From: an uncultured Burkholderiales bacterium
GTDB lineage: Bacteria > Pseudomonadota > Gammaproteobacteria > Burkholderiales > Eutrophovitaceae
Direction of reading: 5' to 3'
DNA length: 64,000 nt
Assembly (NCBI GenBank): GCA_963925895.1
Contig: CAWUVH010000005.1
Location: 10,035 to 74,034, forward strand
Part shown: positions 9,949-20,282 of the stretch, piece after piece
Position numbering within the stretch: the first letter of the stretch is position 1
How the letters are laid out: every line of letters starts with the position of its first letter
Translations under genes and position numbers: made by a program
The notes under the pieces: model-generated
What the model saw: the letters and a program-made list of their open reading frames with translations, nothing else
What the model was told of the DNA's origin: nothing
Databases searched by the model: none

Positions 9949-11082
9949 ATGAAAATCACCAATATAGAAGTTCATATTCTTCAAGCACCAGACACAGGTA
10001 GACCGCATTGGGTCAGCCATTTTATTGTTCCGAGAGCGAATGAAATTCTCGTCAAATTACGTACCGACTCTGGTATCGAAGGTTTTGGAGTCGCCACAAG
10101 CTACACGCCCATCGAAGCGGCAGTCCACTGCTTCAAGACCGGCATCAGCGACCAAATCATGGGCGCCGATCCGCTGGCCACTGAAAAATTATTTCAAACC
10201 TTATTTAACTTGACTCATTCTAGATTGGCGCATGAGAAGGGTTGGGGTAAAGAGGCGTTGATGCGTATCGCTGCTGCCGTAGATATTGCCTGCTGGGACA
10301 TCCTCGGTAAGCATGCAAATCTACCACTCTACAAACTGTTCGGGGGATTTCGCGACGCGATACCGTGTTATGTAACCTGCGCTTACTACAGAGACGGTAA
10401 GGATCTACTCGAACTTCGGGACGAAATCCAGATGCTTAAAGAACAAGGACACAGAGGATTCAAAGGCAAGGTTGGCGGTGTGTCACTCGCGGAGGATATT
10501 GAACGTATGGCGGTCATTCGCGAAATTATCGGTGATGACTGTGACTTGATGGTTGATGTCAACCGAGGTTGGGATCTAAGGACCGCAATAGAGGGGGCAA
10601 AACTGCTGGAGCCACTGCGCCCTCGATGGCTGGAAGAGCCCGTACGGTGGGCTGATGACCGCCGAGAACTAAAGATGCTTTCACAAAAAACCTCGATACC
10701 ATTATCAGCGGGTGAAAGTGAATTAACGAGCTGGGGTTGTCGATCACTTATCGATGAGCAATCCATTGATATTTTGCAGTTCGACTGCACGATGACAGGA
10801 GGTTTCACGGAAGGACGAAAGCTGTCAGCTCTTTGCGAACTCAATCATGTACAAGTAGCCCCTCATCATGACTGTTTCATTCATGCACACATTGTCGCGG
10901 GCAGTCCCGCCGGTTGCATTGTCGAATCGTTCACTGACCCTGAGCGGGACCCACTTCAAGCCGAACTCTATGAAAACCCCCCTGCAATCAAGGAAGGAAT
11001 GCTTACACTAAATGAAGAGCCCGGTCTTGGGCTTCGTCTATCCGAGGAGGCGGTCGCCAAATTTGGAACTCGAGTCCTGTAA
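9949..11082 (+). CDS. Mandelate racemase/muconate lactonizing enzyme family (enolase superfamily)
   Basis: AVDIACWD, KGK, metal ligands VDVN / WLEEP / AGE, His in APHH. Confidence 0.88.
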   Translation: MKITNIEVHILQAPDTGRPHWVSHFIVPRANEILVKLRTDSGIEGFGVATSYTPIEAAVHCFKTGISDQIMGADPLATEKLFQTLFNLTHSRLAHEKGWGKEALMRIAAAVDIACWDILGKHANLPLYKLFGGFRDAIPCYVTCAYYRDGKDLLELRDEIQMLKEQGHRGFKGKVGGVSLAEDIERMAVIREIIGDDCDLMVDVNRGWDLRTAIEGAKLLEPLRPRWLEEPVRWADDRRELKMLSQKTSIPLSAGESELTSWGCRSLIDEQSIDILQFDCTMTGGFTEGRKLSALCELNHVQVAPHHDCFIHAHIVAGSPAGCIVESFTDPERDPLQAELYENPPAIKEGMLTLNEEPGLGLRLSEEAVAKFGTRVL

Positions 11083-11156
11083 CTTAGGAGAAACACCGCA
11101 CTGAAGTGCCGTGCGTGCGCACGAACCAATAAAAATGATTATAACTTGAGGAAATT

Positions 11157-11939
11157 CTAAAACGCCCCCCCTCTGGAACTATGACCTCCATCAACGTTAA
11201 CCACGATTCCGCTGAGATAGGAGGCGCGTGCAGACGCAAGAAACAAAACCACATCAGCGACTTCGGTAGTGGTTGCAGCCCGGCCATAGGGCAGGCCCTT
11301 CAACAGGTCAGGCCACAGATCTTCACTGCCCAGCTCTAGCGCAGCTTTAGTCTTCATCAAGGTGACCAAACGATCTGTTTCAACCGCACCTGGGCTCACA
11401 GCCAAACAACGTATGCCATCCTTAAAACTATTACTACCTAGAGCTCGAGAAAATGCATTTAACGACGCATTCGCCGAAGATCCCGCGATGTAATTGGTAT
11501 CTAAACGGTCTGCGGCCAGGCCGGTTACATTGATAATCACACCAGAATTTATTTCACTCATTTGCTTATACACAGCTCGACTGAGGTTGATATATCCAAA
11601 AACTTTCAAGTCCCAAGCATCGCGCCACCTGACCTCATCAATAGTCTGCAGATCTCCTCCAGGAATGGAGCCTGCATTATTAACTAAAATATCGATGGGT
11701 CCTGCTGCATTTAACAGATGCGGAATATTCTCGGATTTGGATAAATCAAGAGCACTATATGAGATGCCCCCTTGGGCTACTTCATTGAGTTGAGACGTTA
11801 CATCTTTCAGTGCACTCTCGGAACGAGCAACTAGATGCACATCACACCCTTCAGACAAAAAACCCTTCGCTATCGCTAACCCTATGCCCTTCGATGCCCC
11901 AGTGACCAGTACGCGTTTTCCTTCTAAATTCAAATTCAT
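11157..11939 (-). CDS. SDR family oxidoreductase (atypical active site)
   Basis: TGASKGIG, NNAG; active-site segment YIAGSSAN lacks the canonical YxxxK. Confidence 0.85.
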   Translation of the reverse strand: MNLNLEGKRVLVTGASKGIGLAIAKGFLSEGCDVHLVARSESALKDVTSQLNEVAQGGISYSALDLSKSENIPHLLNAAGPIDILVNNAGSIPGGDLQTIDEVRWRDAWDLKVFGYINLSRAVYKQMSEINSGVIINVTGLAADRLDTNYIAGSSANASLNAFSRALGSNSFKDGIRCLAVSPGAVETDRLVTLMKTKAALELGSEDLWPDLLKGLPYGRAATTTEVADVVLFLASARASYLSGIVVNVDGGHSSRGGAF

Positions 11940-11978
11940 CACTGACCCCCTATGTTTCTCTGAGTAATAAGACCTGCA

Positions 11979-13139
11979 TTAAAACGATCGAGGTAATCCG
12001 AGAACATGTTCCGCCGTGTAAGATAAAATCAAATTAGTCGATATCGGCGCCACTTGGTAGAGCCGGGTTTCTCGAAATTTTCTCTCAATGTCATACTCAG
12101 ACGCGAATCCAAAACCCCCATGCGTTTGCATACATACATTAGCGGCCTCCCATGACGCTTTCGCCGCCAAATATTTTGCCATATTTGACTCCGACCCACA
12201 GGGAAGTTTTGCATCAAATAATGCACAGGCCTTCCAACGCATCAGGTTTGCCGCCTCAACCTCAATAAACGACTCGGCAATTGGAAATTGAACACCTTGG
12301 TTTTTACCGATAGGTCGATCAAAGACAACCCTCTCTTTCGCGTACTGCGTAGCTCGATCAACAAACCAGTAGCCATCACCAATACACTCTGCAGCGATCA
12401 ACGTTCTCTCAGCATTGAGGCCATCCAAGATATATCGAAACCCCTTACCCTCTTCTCCAATCAAATTTTCAACAGGGATTTCTAATTCATCAAAAAACAA
12501 TTCATTAGTCTCATGATTAACCATATTTTCAATCGGTCGAACAGTCAGGCCGTTGGCTATAGCATGATGCAGATCTACGATAAAAATGGACATCCCTTCA
12601 GACTTTTTAGCGACTTCTTGCAGTGGGGTAGTTCTGGCTAGCAAAATCATAAGGTCTGAATGCTGTACCCGTGAGATCCAAACCTTTTGGCCATTCACAA
12701 CATAACGATCACCCTTCTTCACCGCTACCGTCTTAATTTTGGTTGTATCGGTTCCAGTAGTAGGCTCCGTGACCCCCATGGACTGAAGTCTCAGATCACC
12801 GCGCGCAATTGCAGGTAGGTATTGCTTTTTCTGTTCGTCGGAACCATGACGCAGTAGCGTGCCCATGTTGTACATTTGGCCATGGCAAGCACCTGCATTT
12901 CCGCCTGAGCGATTAATCTCTTCCATAATCACCGAAGCCTCAGTCAAACCAAGACCGGAACCACCATACTCCTCTGGAATCATCGCTGATAACCATCCAG
13001 CAGCCGTTAGTGCGTTAACAAATTCCTCGGGGTAAGTCCTTTTTGAATCAATCAATCGATGATATTCATCGGGAAACTGTCCACAAACCGCGCGGACACC
13101 ATCTCTAATTTCTTGATACTGATCTTCAGCAATACTCAT
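11979..13139 (-). CDS. Acyl-CoA dehydrogenase (methylsuccinyl-CoA dehydrogenase type of itaconate clusters)
   Basis: IPEEYGGSG, MGVTEPTTGTD, NGQKVWIS, QTHGGFG; resembles the ACAD of the Pseudomonas itaconate cluster from memory. Confidence 0.88.
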   Translation of the reverse strand: MSIAEDQYQEIRDGVRAVCGQFPDEYHRLIDSKRTYPEEFVNALTAAGWLSAMIPEEYGGSGLGLTEASVIMEEINRSGGNAGACHGQMYNMGTLLRHGSDEQKKQYLPAIARGDLRLQSMGVTEPTTGTDTTKIKTVAVKKGDRYVVNGQKVWISRVQHSDLMILLARTTPLQEVAKKSEGMSIFIVDLHHAIANGLTVRPIENMVNHETNELFFDELEIPVENLIGEEGKGFRYILDGLNAERTLIAAECIGDGYWFVDRATQYAKERVVFDRPIGKNQGVQFPIAESFIEVEAANLMRWKACALFDAKLPCGSESNMAKYLAAKASWEAANVCMQTHGGFGFASEYDIERKFRETRLYQVAPISTNLILSYTAEHVLGLPRSF

Positions 13140-13171
13140 ATCTAATTCCGTTCTTAATTAATACAACTCGG

Positions 13172-14023
13172 TTAAGCCTTACACGTCGCTCGCGCTTCCA
13201 TCGCAATATGACCTTGGTGATCTGTAGCCCACAAATTATAAGTGCCTGTCCCTTGTCTCTTACCATGAGTCATAAAATTATGCGTATCGAATAAAGGTTT
13301 GACCGCACGAAATTGAAAACCAGTAAGGAATAAATCTTCATTTTGAGACAATAGCAGCTGCGCCAAATAGGTTGCCGTCAGCGGCCCATGAAATACCAGA
13401 CCTGGGTAGCCCTCCTCTTCCAAACAGTATTTGCGGTCATAGTGAATTCGATGGCCGTTAAAGGTCAACGCAGAGTATCGGAAAAGGGTCACAGAATCAG
13501 GGGAAACCTCTTTCGAAAAATCAGACAACTCATCGGCTATTTTAAACTTTGGAGAAGGCGCGTCTCGTGGCACTAGATCACGGTACACAATGTCGTGTTC
13601 TTCATCGATTAATACCCCGTCCTCATCTAGGATCTGATGTGCGACTGTTACGAAGACCATTTCTCCACTCCGCCCACTTTTGCAAACGATATTTTTAATC
13701 GAAGATTCCCGACGAATCGCCCGTCCTACCACGAGTGGTCTAGTAAACTCTAATCGCCCACCCGCCCACATACGCCTGGCCAGATCGACTGGGGGTAAAA
13801 ACCCACCCCGTTCAGGATGCCCATCGCTCCCCAACTCAGAGAAGGGCACCACTGCCGAAAAAAACATCCAGTGCCATAAACTTGGCAACTGCCGACCCAT
13901 GAGTTGGTGCGGGGCAGTCATGTTAAGCGTCGCATACATCTTTGCAACACGTGACTCATCCACATTATCCAGAGCCGTCTCAGTGCGCCCAATCCAATCG
14001 CTATATGAATTTTTAGATTCCAT
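13172..14023 (-). CDS. Double hot-dog hydratase, itaconyl-CoA/mesaconyl-C4-CoA hydratase-like
   Basis: WHWMFF, DGHPERGGFLPP, RRMWAGG, LFRYSALTFNGHRIHYD, EGYPGLVFHGPL. Confidence 0.85.
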   Translation of the reverse strand: MESKNSYSDWIGRTETALDNVDESRVAKMYATLNMTAPHQLMGRQLPSLWHWMFFSAVVPFSELGSDGHPERGGFLPPVDLARRMWAGGRLEFTRPLVVGRAIRRESSIKNIVCKSGRSGEMVFVTVAHQILDEDGVLIDEEHDIVYRDLVPRDAPSPKFKIADELSDFSKEVSPDSVTLFRYSALTFNGHRIHYDRKYCLEEEGYPGLVFHGPLTATYLAQLLLSQNEDLFLTGFQFRAVKPLFDTHNFMTHGKRQGTGTYNLWATDHQGHIAMEARATCKA

Positions 14024-14062
14024 TAAATCAATATCTAACGTTCATAACAACAAGTTCATCAT

Positions 14063-15517
14063 CTATTCGTGATGATGAACTATCGTTTTTGTGGTCGTAA
14101 AGTGCTCAAGCGCTATAAAACCTTTTTCTCGCCCATGACCACTTTTCTTCATCCCACCGAAAGGTAACTCCACACCACCCCCAGCACCATAGTTATTGAT
14201 GAATACTTGTCCACAGTTCATTCGTTTTGCGACTCGCTGCTGCCGGTTTCCATCCTTCGTCCAAACTGAACCAACTAAACCGTAATCAGTTGCATTAGCC
14301 AGTCTTATGGCATCAAGTTCATCATCAAAAGGGATGGCCGAGAGAACTGGACCAAAAACCTCATCACACGCTAACCGATGATCACGAGGCACATTTCCAA
14401 AGAGTGCCGGCTTCACCCAAAAACCATTCTGATCAAGCCCATCAGCAAACACACCCTCAGCGAGTAGTTCGATACCTGACTTGATCGCATCGGTTCTAAA
14501 TCCATCAACAAGGGATTGTTGTCGCACGTTCATTACTGGACCACAATCCAGATCCATCTCTGGTGTACCGACTCTTACTTTCGCGAACAACTCTGCAACT
14601 TGTGCCATAAATTCGTTATAGATTTCTTTTTGGACCAATATGCGACTTCCAGCGGAGCATGTTTGTCCCGCGTGTTGAATAATGGCCTTCACAACAGTCG
14701 GTAATGCTTTATCTAAATCCGCATCTGCGAATATGAGTTGAGGAGACTTCCCTCCCAACTCTAACGTGCACCCTACGAAGTGCTTTGCGGTCGCCTGCTG
14801 AACCAAGGTACCGACGCGCGGCGAACCCGTAAAACTCATGAAATTAATATGTGGGTGATTCGCTAAAGCCGCCCCGGCACTCTCCCCTAATCCAGCAACG
14901 ATGTTGAGCGCCCCTGCTGGAAGACCGGCCTCCAGTGCGAGTTGCGACATCAACAACGTGGTCAGACAAGCGTCTTCAGACGGTTTAACCACAGCAGCAT
15001 TACCAACGGCTAGAGCAGGCCCTACACTCCGCCCAAACTGCTGAGCAGGATAATTCCAAGGAATGATGTGAGCAGTTACGCCATATGGCACTCGGTGCAC
15101 ATTGACGCTGTAACCGTCTAAATAAGGAATCACCTGACCATGTAACTTATCGGCAGCGCCGGCGTAAAACTCAAAATATCGAGCAGTTGCGGTGATATCA
15201 GCACGACCGGCCGTGATCGGTTTTCCTGTGTCTCGAGATTCAAGACTGGCTAACTCTTCAAAATTCTCCAGAATAAGCTGAGACCAACGGTGCAAGATTC
15301 GACTGCGCTCAACTGGGGCCATACGTCCCCAATCGCCATCTAAAGCTGTCTGAGCAGCACTGACCGCAGCATTGATATCCGCCTCATCGCTATCGGGTAT
15401 GGTTGCAAATGTCTTGCCGTTACACGGATCGATCATATCCAAGGATCGACCGTTTTGAGCCGACACAAGTTTGCCATTAATCAAGTTTAGATACGATTTA
15501 TTATCTACTGCTGACAT
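14063..15517 (-). CDS. NAD-dependent aldehyde dehydrogenase
   Basis: PWNYP, FTGS, LELGGKSP, catalytic GQTCSAG, EVFGP, PFGG. Confidence 0.92.
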   Translation of the reverse strand: MSAVDNKSYLNLINGKLVSAQNGRSLDMIDPCNGKTFATIPDSDEADINAAVSAAQTALDGDWGRMAPVERSRILHRWSQLILENFEELASLESRDTGKPITAGRADITATARYFEFYAGAADKLHGQVIPYLDGYSVNVHRVPYGVTAHIIPWNYPAQQFGRSVGPALAVGNAAVVKPSEDACLTTLLMSQLALEAGLPAGALNIVAGLGESAGAALANHPHINFMSFTGSPRVGTLVQQATAKHFVGCTLELGGKSPQLIFADADLDKALPTVVKAIIQHAGQTCSAGSRILVQKEIYNEFMAQVAELFAKVRVGTPEMDLDCGPVMNVRQQSLVDGFRTDAIKSGIELLAEGVFADGLDQNGFWVKPALFGNVPRDHRLACDEVFGPVLSAIPFDDELDAIRLANATDYGLVGSVWTKDGNRQQRVAKRMNCGQVFINNYGAGGGVELPFGGMKKSGHGREKGFIALEHFTTTKTIVHHHE

Positions 15518-15581
15518 TACTCACTCCACTCTCTTAATATAGAAAAATAAGTTTATTACTAGACTCTCAAATCAGAACTGA

Positions 15582-16760
15582 TCAAATAACACCAAAACTT
15601 TTGAGCTCATCGATCTCGCTATTACTGTATCCAAATTCGGATAGGATCTTCTCTGAGTGCTCACCTGCCTCTGGGATAGGATCCATCCGAGGTGAAAATT
15701 CTTTCGGGACACCTGGAGGGAGCATCGCCTTTACCGGCCCATTCGATGAGTCGACTAATGTCCACCTGTTACGCGCCGCGAGTTGCGCATGATTCCAAAC
15801 TTGTTGCATTGAGTTCATCGAAGCATTTCCAATTTTTGCGGCGTCCAAACGCTCTGTAACCGAAGCTAAAGTCATTTGTGAAAACACTTCAATGATGATC
15901 ACACGTAGCTCATGACGAAATTCTGATCGCTTTGTGTTTGATGAGAACCGCGAGTCCGTTTTAAGTTCAGGTTGTTGCAGTACTTGATCGCAAAAAATAG
16001 CCCATTCGCGCTCATTTTGAAGTCCTAACATAACCGTATTTCCATCACCGATTGTGAATGGCCCGTAAGGGTAGATTGTCGCGTGCGCGGCTCCGGCTCT
16101 CGCAGGAGGTTCCGCCCCATCGTAAGCGTAGTACAGAGGGAAACTCATCCATTCCGCCATAGTTTCAAGCATTGAAATATCTATACGGCACCCAGTGCCT
16201 GTTTTTTGGCGACGAATAATAGCTGCAAGAATATTACTGAATGCATACATTCCGGCGGAAATATCCACGATGGAACATCCTGCTTTAGCAGGCGCGTCCT
16301 CCGAACCACTGACGGACAGCAGACCCGACTCGGCTTGGATCAAAAGATCGTAAGCTTTCTTGTCTCGATAGGGGCCGTCTGATCCGTATCCGGATATATC
16401 GCAAACTATCAGCTGAGGATAGCGGTCTTTCAATTGCTCGTAAGAAAAGCCCATCCGCTCTGAGGCCCCTGGCGCGAGATTCTGTAACAGTACGTCCGCA
16501 CCTTGCAATAATTTGTGGACCACCTCGAGACCTTGCGGTTGCTTCAAGTCAAGCGTGATACTTTCTTTGGAGCGATTCGTCCACACAAAGTGGGATGCCA
16601 GGCCATTTACACGATCATCATATGCCCGCGTGGGATCACCGCCACCCGGTCTTTCTATCTTGATGACGCGGGCTCCCAAATCCGCTAACTGCCGAGTGCA
16701 GAATGGTCCCGCTATGACATGCTCAAGCGCGACAACTGTTATTCCTTCTAGTGGACGCAT
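15582..16760 (-). CDS. Class III (CaiB/BaiF) CoA transferase, itaconate CoA-transferase-like
   Basis: GPFCTRQLADLGARVIKIERP, SHFVWTNRSKES, catalytic Asp in SIVDISAG. Confidence 0.9.
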   Translation of the reverse strand: MRPLEGITVVALEHVIAGPFCTRQLADLGARVIKIERPGGGDPTRAYDDRVNGLASHFVWTNRSKESITLDLKQPQGLEVVHKLLQGADVLLQNLAPGASERMGFSYEQLKDRYPQLIVCDISGYGSDGPYRDKKAYDLLIQAESGLLSVSGSEDAPAKAGCSIVDISAGMYAFSNILAAIIRRQKTGTGCRIDISMLETMAEWMSFPLYYAYDGAEPPARAGAAHATIYPYGPFTIGDGNTVMLGLQNEREWAIFCDQVLQQPELKTDSRFSSNTKRSEFRHELRVIIIEVFSQMTLASVTERLDAAKIGNASMNSMQQVWNHAQLAARNRWTLVDSSNGPVKAMLPPGVPKEFSPRMDPIPEAGEHSEKILSEFGYSNSEIDELKSFGVI

Positions 16761-16823
16761 ATTATGTTATTCCTGACGAATTCAGATTTACGGACAAACT
16801 ATAGCGCTCAGAAGACGAACGCC

Positions 16824-17411
16824 TCAGTTAGAGAAGTGGCATTGATCACCAAGTAACGCTTCTCTAAATCGGTTTTTTAACAGCGCACCATCTCTAGGTG
16901 GGAGCACTAGTTCGTCTGATTTAGAATCAACCTTAACTTGAGCAAACATTAAGCCAGAACCGTAGACTTCTTTTTTAAGAGAAGCAAGTTCATTTACGTC
17001 CGTAATTATAGAAGAATTTGTAAATCCACATGCAGTTGCAACCGCTGCCAAATCAACGCCAAATCCAGTATGCGTTTTTTGTTTTCCTGTCTCGCCATAA
17101 ACTTCGTTGTCTAACACAACAATCGCAAGATTCGTAGGCTGACTCACGCCGATCGTGGCAAGTGAATTGAGCCCCATCAATAATTCACCATCTCCAGTGA
17201 TCACCAACACGCGCTTGGTCGGCTGAGCCAATGCAAGCCCAAGTCCCGTCGCTATTGCTCCTCCCATTCCACCCCACATTGGGAAGTTTAAGGGGTGATC
17301 ACCAGCCGCCGTGATATCCCAAGCAGGCGCACCTAAACCCGCTACAACAAGAAGGTCGCCTCTGGGTTGCAATAAATGCTCAACCACCTGTCTACGATTT
17401 AATAATGTCAT
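16824..17411 (-). CDS. ThDP-dependent decarboxylase beta subunit (ComE/phosphonopyruvate decarboxylase-like)
   Basis: GDGE...LDN ThDP-binding motif, WGGMGG, GETG. Confidence 0.82.
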   Translation of the reverse strand: MTLLNRRQVVEHLLQPRGDLLVVAGLGAPAWDITAAGDHPLNFPMWGGMGGAIATGLGLALAQPTKRVLVITGDGELLMGLNSLATIGVSQPTNLAIVVLDNEVYGETGKQKTHTGFGVDLAAVATACGFTNSSIITDVNELASLKKEVYGSGLMFAQVKVDSKSDELVLPPRDGALLKNRFREALLGDQCHFSN

Positions 17412-17453
17412 CCGGATCCTTCTGGCAATTTAAGTTTCCACTTAAAGACTGAA

Positions 17454-17981
17454 TCAACGACCAAAAGTTTTTGCACCTAAAACCCTTTGATCAATTAGTA
17501 CGGCAGTCGGTCTGTAAGTATTGAAGGCAAATCGTATAGCACCTTCAGCGCATTTTGCGACCTCATCATTTTCTTGCGCTCGAAACGTTGTCACACCCAT
17601 CTCTTTCAACACATTCTCTGCGCCCTGACCCATCGGTACTTGCCAAGGATTAAACTCACCCCAATGACCACGCATGGTCACCATCATTGGAAGCGGCACC
17701 TGACAAGTGTTCAACATAGAAAGCATATTGATGCAATTTCCGACCCCGCTGGATTGCATTAATAATAAACTTTTTTTTCCACCAAGCCAGGTTCCCATTG
17801 CCAAAGCAACACCTTCCTCCTCCGAAGTCAATCGAACGGTCTGGATACCTTCATACGCCACACATAAATCAATCAACTGAGACAGACCAGCGTCGGGGAC
17901 AAAACTCACGATAGAAATGTCCTGCTCGCAGATCAGATTGAATACCGTGTTGCTCCAGTGGTTTTCAAGGGTCATAGCCAA
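17454..17981 (-). CDS. ThDP-dependent decarboxylase alpha subunit (ComD-like)
   Basis: FVPD, TSEEEGV (conserved Glu), LLMQSSGVGN, RGHWGE; pairs with the beta subunit downstream. Confidence 0.82.
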   Translation of the reverse strand: MAMTLENHWSNTVFNLICEQDISIVSFVPDAGLSQLIDLCVAYEGIQTVRLTSEEEGVALAMGTWLGGKKSLLLMQSSGVGNCINMLSMLNTCQVPLPMMVTMRGHWGEFNPWQVPMGQGAENVLKEMGVTTFRAQENDEVAKCAEGAIRFAFNTYRPTAVLIDQRVLGAKTFGR

Positions 17982-17997
17982 GGCACCAAAATTTATG

Positions 17998-19014
17998 TTA
18001 AATCTCTATAACGATCTTTCCGACATGTTTGCCAGACTTGAGATGTCTAAATGCGTCTGCAGCATTTTTTAAAAGAAAACTCGAATCAATAACAGGTTTA
18101 ATTCCATGATAGTCGATAGCGCGTACCATAGCTTCAAATTGCAGTCGTGATCCAACCGCGATCCCCTGCATGCGAATGAAAGGACCCAGCAGAGACTTCA
18201 CGGAAATCGTCGCCTCATGGCCTCCCACGAAGCCAATCACTCCGACGAACCCACCAAAACAGACTGCCGACAATGATTCAGATAAAGTGTAACCCGTTGT
18301 TTCAATGACAATATCTACTCCTCTGCCTCCGGTTGCCTCTTTGGCCAGTGCCCCCCAATTGCTGTGCGTCTTGTAATTAATCCCGACATCAGCGCCCAAC
18401 TGCTTCGCTTGACTAAGTTTTTCGTCACTAGACGATGTCAGTATTACTTTGGCTCCGGCCATTTTTGCAAACTGCAACGCAAATAAAGCCACACCACCCG
18501 TTCCTTGAACGAGCACCGTGTCTCCAGACTTAATTCCGCCCTGCTCAAGGGCATTCCATGCAGTGAGGGCTGCGATCGGAAGCGTTGCACATTCCTTAGC
18601 AGTCAGAGTAGCAGCGGCTATAACCGCCTCTTGTTCTGGCACCACGATATACTCTTGCAACACTCCTGAGAGCGGCGCACCAAGCGTCTTTGTCGTGCGC
18701 TGCTGCTGCGTCGGCTTTCCGCTATACCACCCTTGCGTATAGACCGGAATTACTCGATCCCCCTCCTTAAAACGGGTAACCCCACCTCCAACCTTGACCA
18801 CCTGCCCCGAACAATCGGAGCACGGGACATATGGCAGATTTAAATGCGGCATGAATTTTTGATCAAGAATTGCCAGATCACGATAATTAAGACTAGCTGC
18901 CTCTATCTTAATCAAGACTTCTCCATCCCTCACCGAGGGCATAGCTCTCTCACAAAGACGCAAATCATCAATTGCAAAATCGACAGCTTCTACTGCTCGC
19001 ATAAGTTCTGGCAT
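17998..19014 (-). CDS. MDR-family NAD(P)-dependent oxidoreductase (Zn-independent type)
   Basis: SLNYRD, QGTGGV, GKHVGKIV; no structural Zn Cys cluster. Start set at ATG 19014 after AAGGA. Confidence 0.85.
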   Translation of the reverse strand: MPELMRAVEAVDFAIDDLRLCERAMPSVRDGEVLIKIEAASLNYRDLAILDQKFMPHLNLPYVPCSDCSGQVVKVGGGVTRFKEGDRVIPVYTQGWYSGKPTQQQRTTKTLGAPLSGVLQEYIVVPEQEAVIAAATLTAKECATLPIAALTAWNALEQGGIKSGDTVLVQGTGGVALFALQFAKMAGAKVILTSSSDEKLSQAKQLGADVGINYKTHSNWGALAKEATGGRGVDIVIETTGYTLSESLSAVCFGGFVGVIGFVGGHEATISVKSLLGPFIRMQGIAVGSRLQFEAMVRAIDYHGIKPVIDSSFLLKNAADAFRHLKSGKHVGKIVIEI

Positions 19015-19185
19015 CTCAAGTCCTTTGTATTTAATACCGTTAATTGATTGGATACCCGCACTGTTCATGCGGCGCGACCATGTTTATTTTTTGTCTTAAA
19101 CCCCAGAAGCGGTTTAAAATGAATCTATCGCCGATCTCCAAAAGATCACTATAAACCAAATAAGAATCGTATAAGGACACCCCCT

Positions 19186-20247
19186 ATGAAGTCTTACAAA
19201 ATTGCAGTGATTGCCGGAGACGGTATTGGAAAAGAGGTCATGCCTGAGGGGTTGCGGGTATTAGATGCTGTCGCTCGAAAATACAACTTCGAACTCAAAT
19301 TTGATGAATTTGATTGGAGCTGCGATAACTACGAAAAACACGGTTGGTGGATGCCCCCCTCTTGGCGAGAGGACATCGGAGGACATGACTGTGTTTTCTT
19401 TGGCGCAAATGGTTGGCCCGCAGCAGTACCGGACCACATAGCATTGTGGGATTCTTTAATTAAATATCGTAGGGAATTTGACCAATACGTAAACTTGCGC
19501 CCAGTTAAACTCCTCCCAGGAGTGAAGTGTCCATTAGCCGATCGCAAACCAGGTGACATCGATTATCTGGTTGTTCGTGAGAATACAGAAGGTGAATATT
19601 CTTCCATCGGCGGCAGAATGTTCGAAGGCACCGACAGAGAGACGGTCACGCAAACGTCAGTCTTTACGCGAAAAGGTGTAGACCGAATCATGCGATACGC
19701 ATTCGGATTAGCGGAAAAGCGAGATAGGAAACATGTAACATCAGCTACAAAATCAAACGGTATTGCGATCACCATGCCCTACTGGGATGAACGCTTTAAA
19801 GTAGTGTCGGATGAGCATCCAAACATCACTTCAGACCAATATCACATTGATGGCCTCACGATCCAACTCATTTTAAATCCTCAGCGATTCGATGTTATCG
19901 TCGCTTCTAACTTGTTTGGCGATATCATCTCAGACATTGGACCAGCCACAGCAGGAACCATTGGCATAGCACCATCCGCAAACATTAATCCTGAGCGAAA
20001 CTTTCCGTCTTTATTTGAACCTGTGCATGGTTCAGCTCCTGATATTTATGGCAAAAACATCTCAAATCCAATCGCTCAAATTTGGTCCGGCGCGATGATG
20101 CTAGATCATCTTGGCGAGCACACTGCCGCTAAAGCGATCACCGATAGTATTGAGGCTTGTTTGGTTTCTGGTCCTGTCACTCCTGATCTTGGAGGTTCAG
20201 CTGCAACCTCTGATGTCGGAAAAGCGATTGCCAACTCCTTTGCGTAA
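19186..20247 (+). CDS. Tartrate dehydrogenase / D-malate dehydrogenase (decarboxylating), TtuC/DmlA type
   Basis: GDGIGKEV, RREFDQYVNLRP, VRENTEGEY, SATKSNGI, SNLFGDI, FEPVHGSAPDI. Confidence 0.9.
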   Translation: MKSYKIAVIAGDGIGKEVMPEGLRVLDAVARKYNFELKFDEFDWSCDNYEKHGWWMPPSWREDIGGHDCVFFGANGWPAAVPDHIALWDSLIKYRREFDQYVNLRPVKLLPGVKCPLADRKPGDIDYLVVRENTEGEYSSIGGRMFEGTDRETVTQTSVFTRKGVDRIMRYAFGLAEKRDRKHVTSATKSNGIAITMPYWDERFKVVSDEHPNITSDQYHIDGLTIQLILNPQRFDVIVASNLFGDIISDIGPATAGTIGIAPSANINPERNFPSLFEPVHGSAPDIYGKNISNPIAQIWSGAMMLDHLGEHTAAKAITDSIEACLVSGPVTPDLGGSAATSDVGKAIANSFA

Positions 20248-20282
20248 ACCTCAAATAATTCAATCCATTTAGAACATACCGA

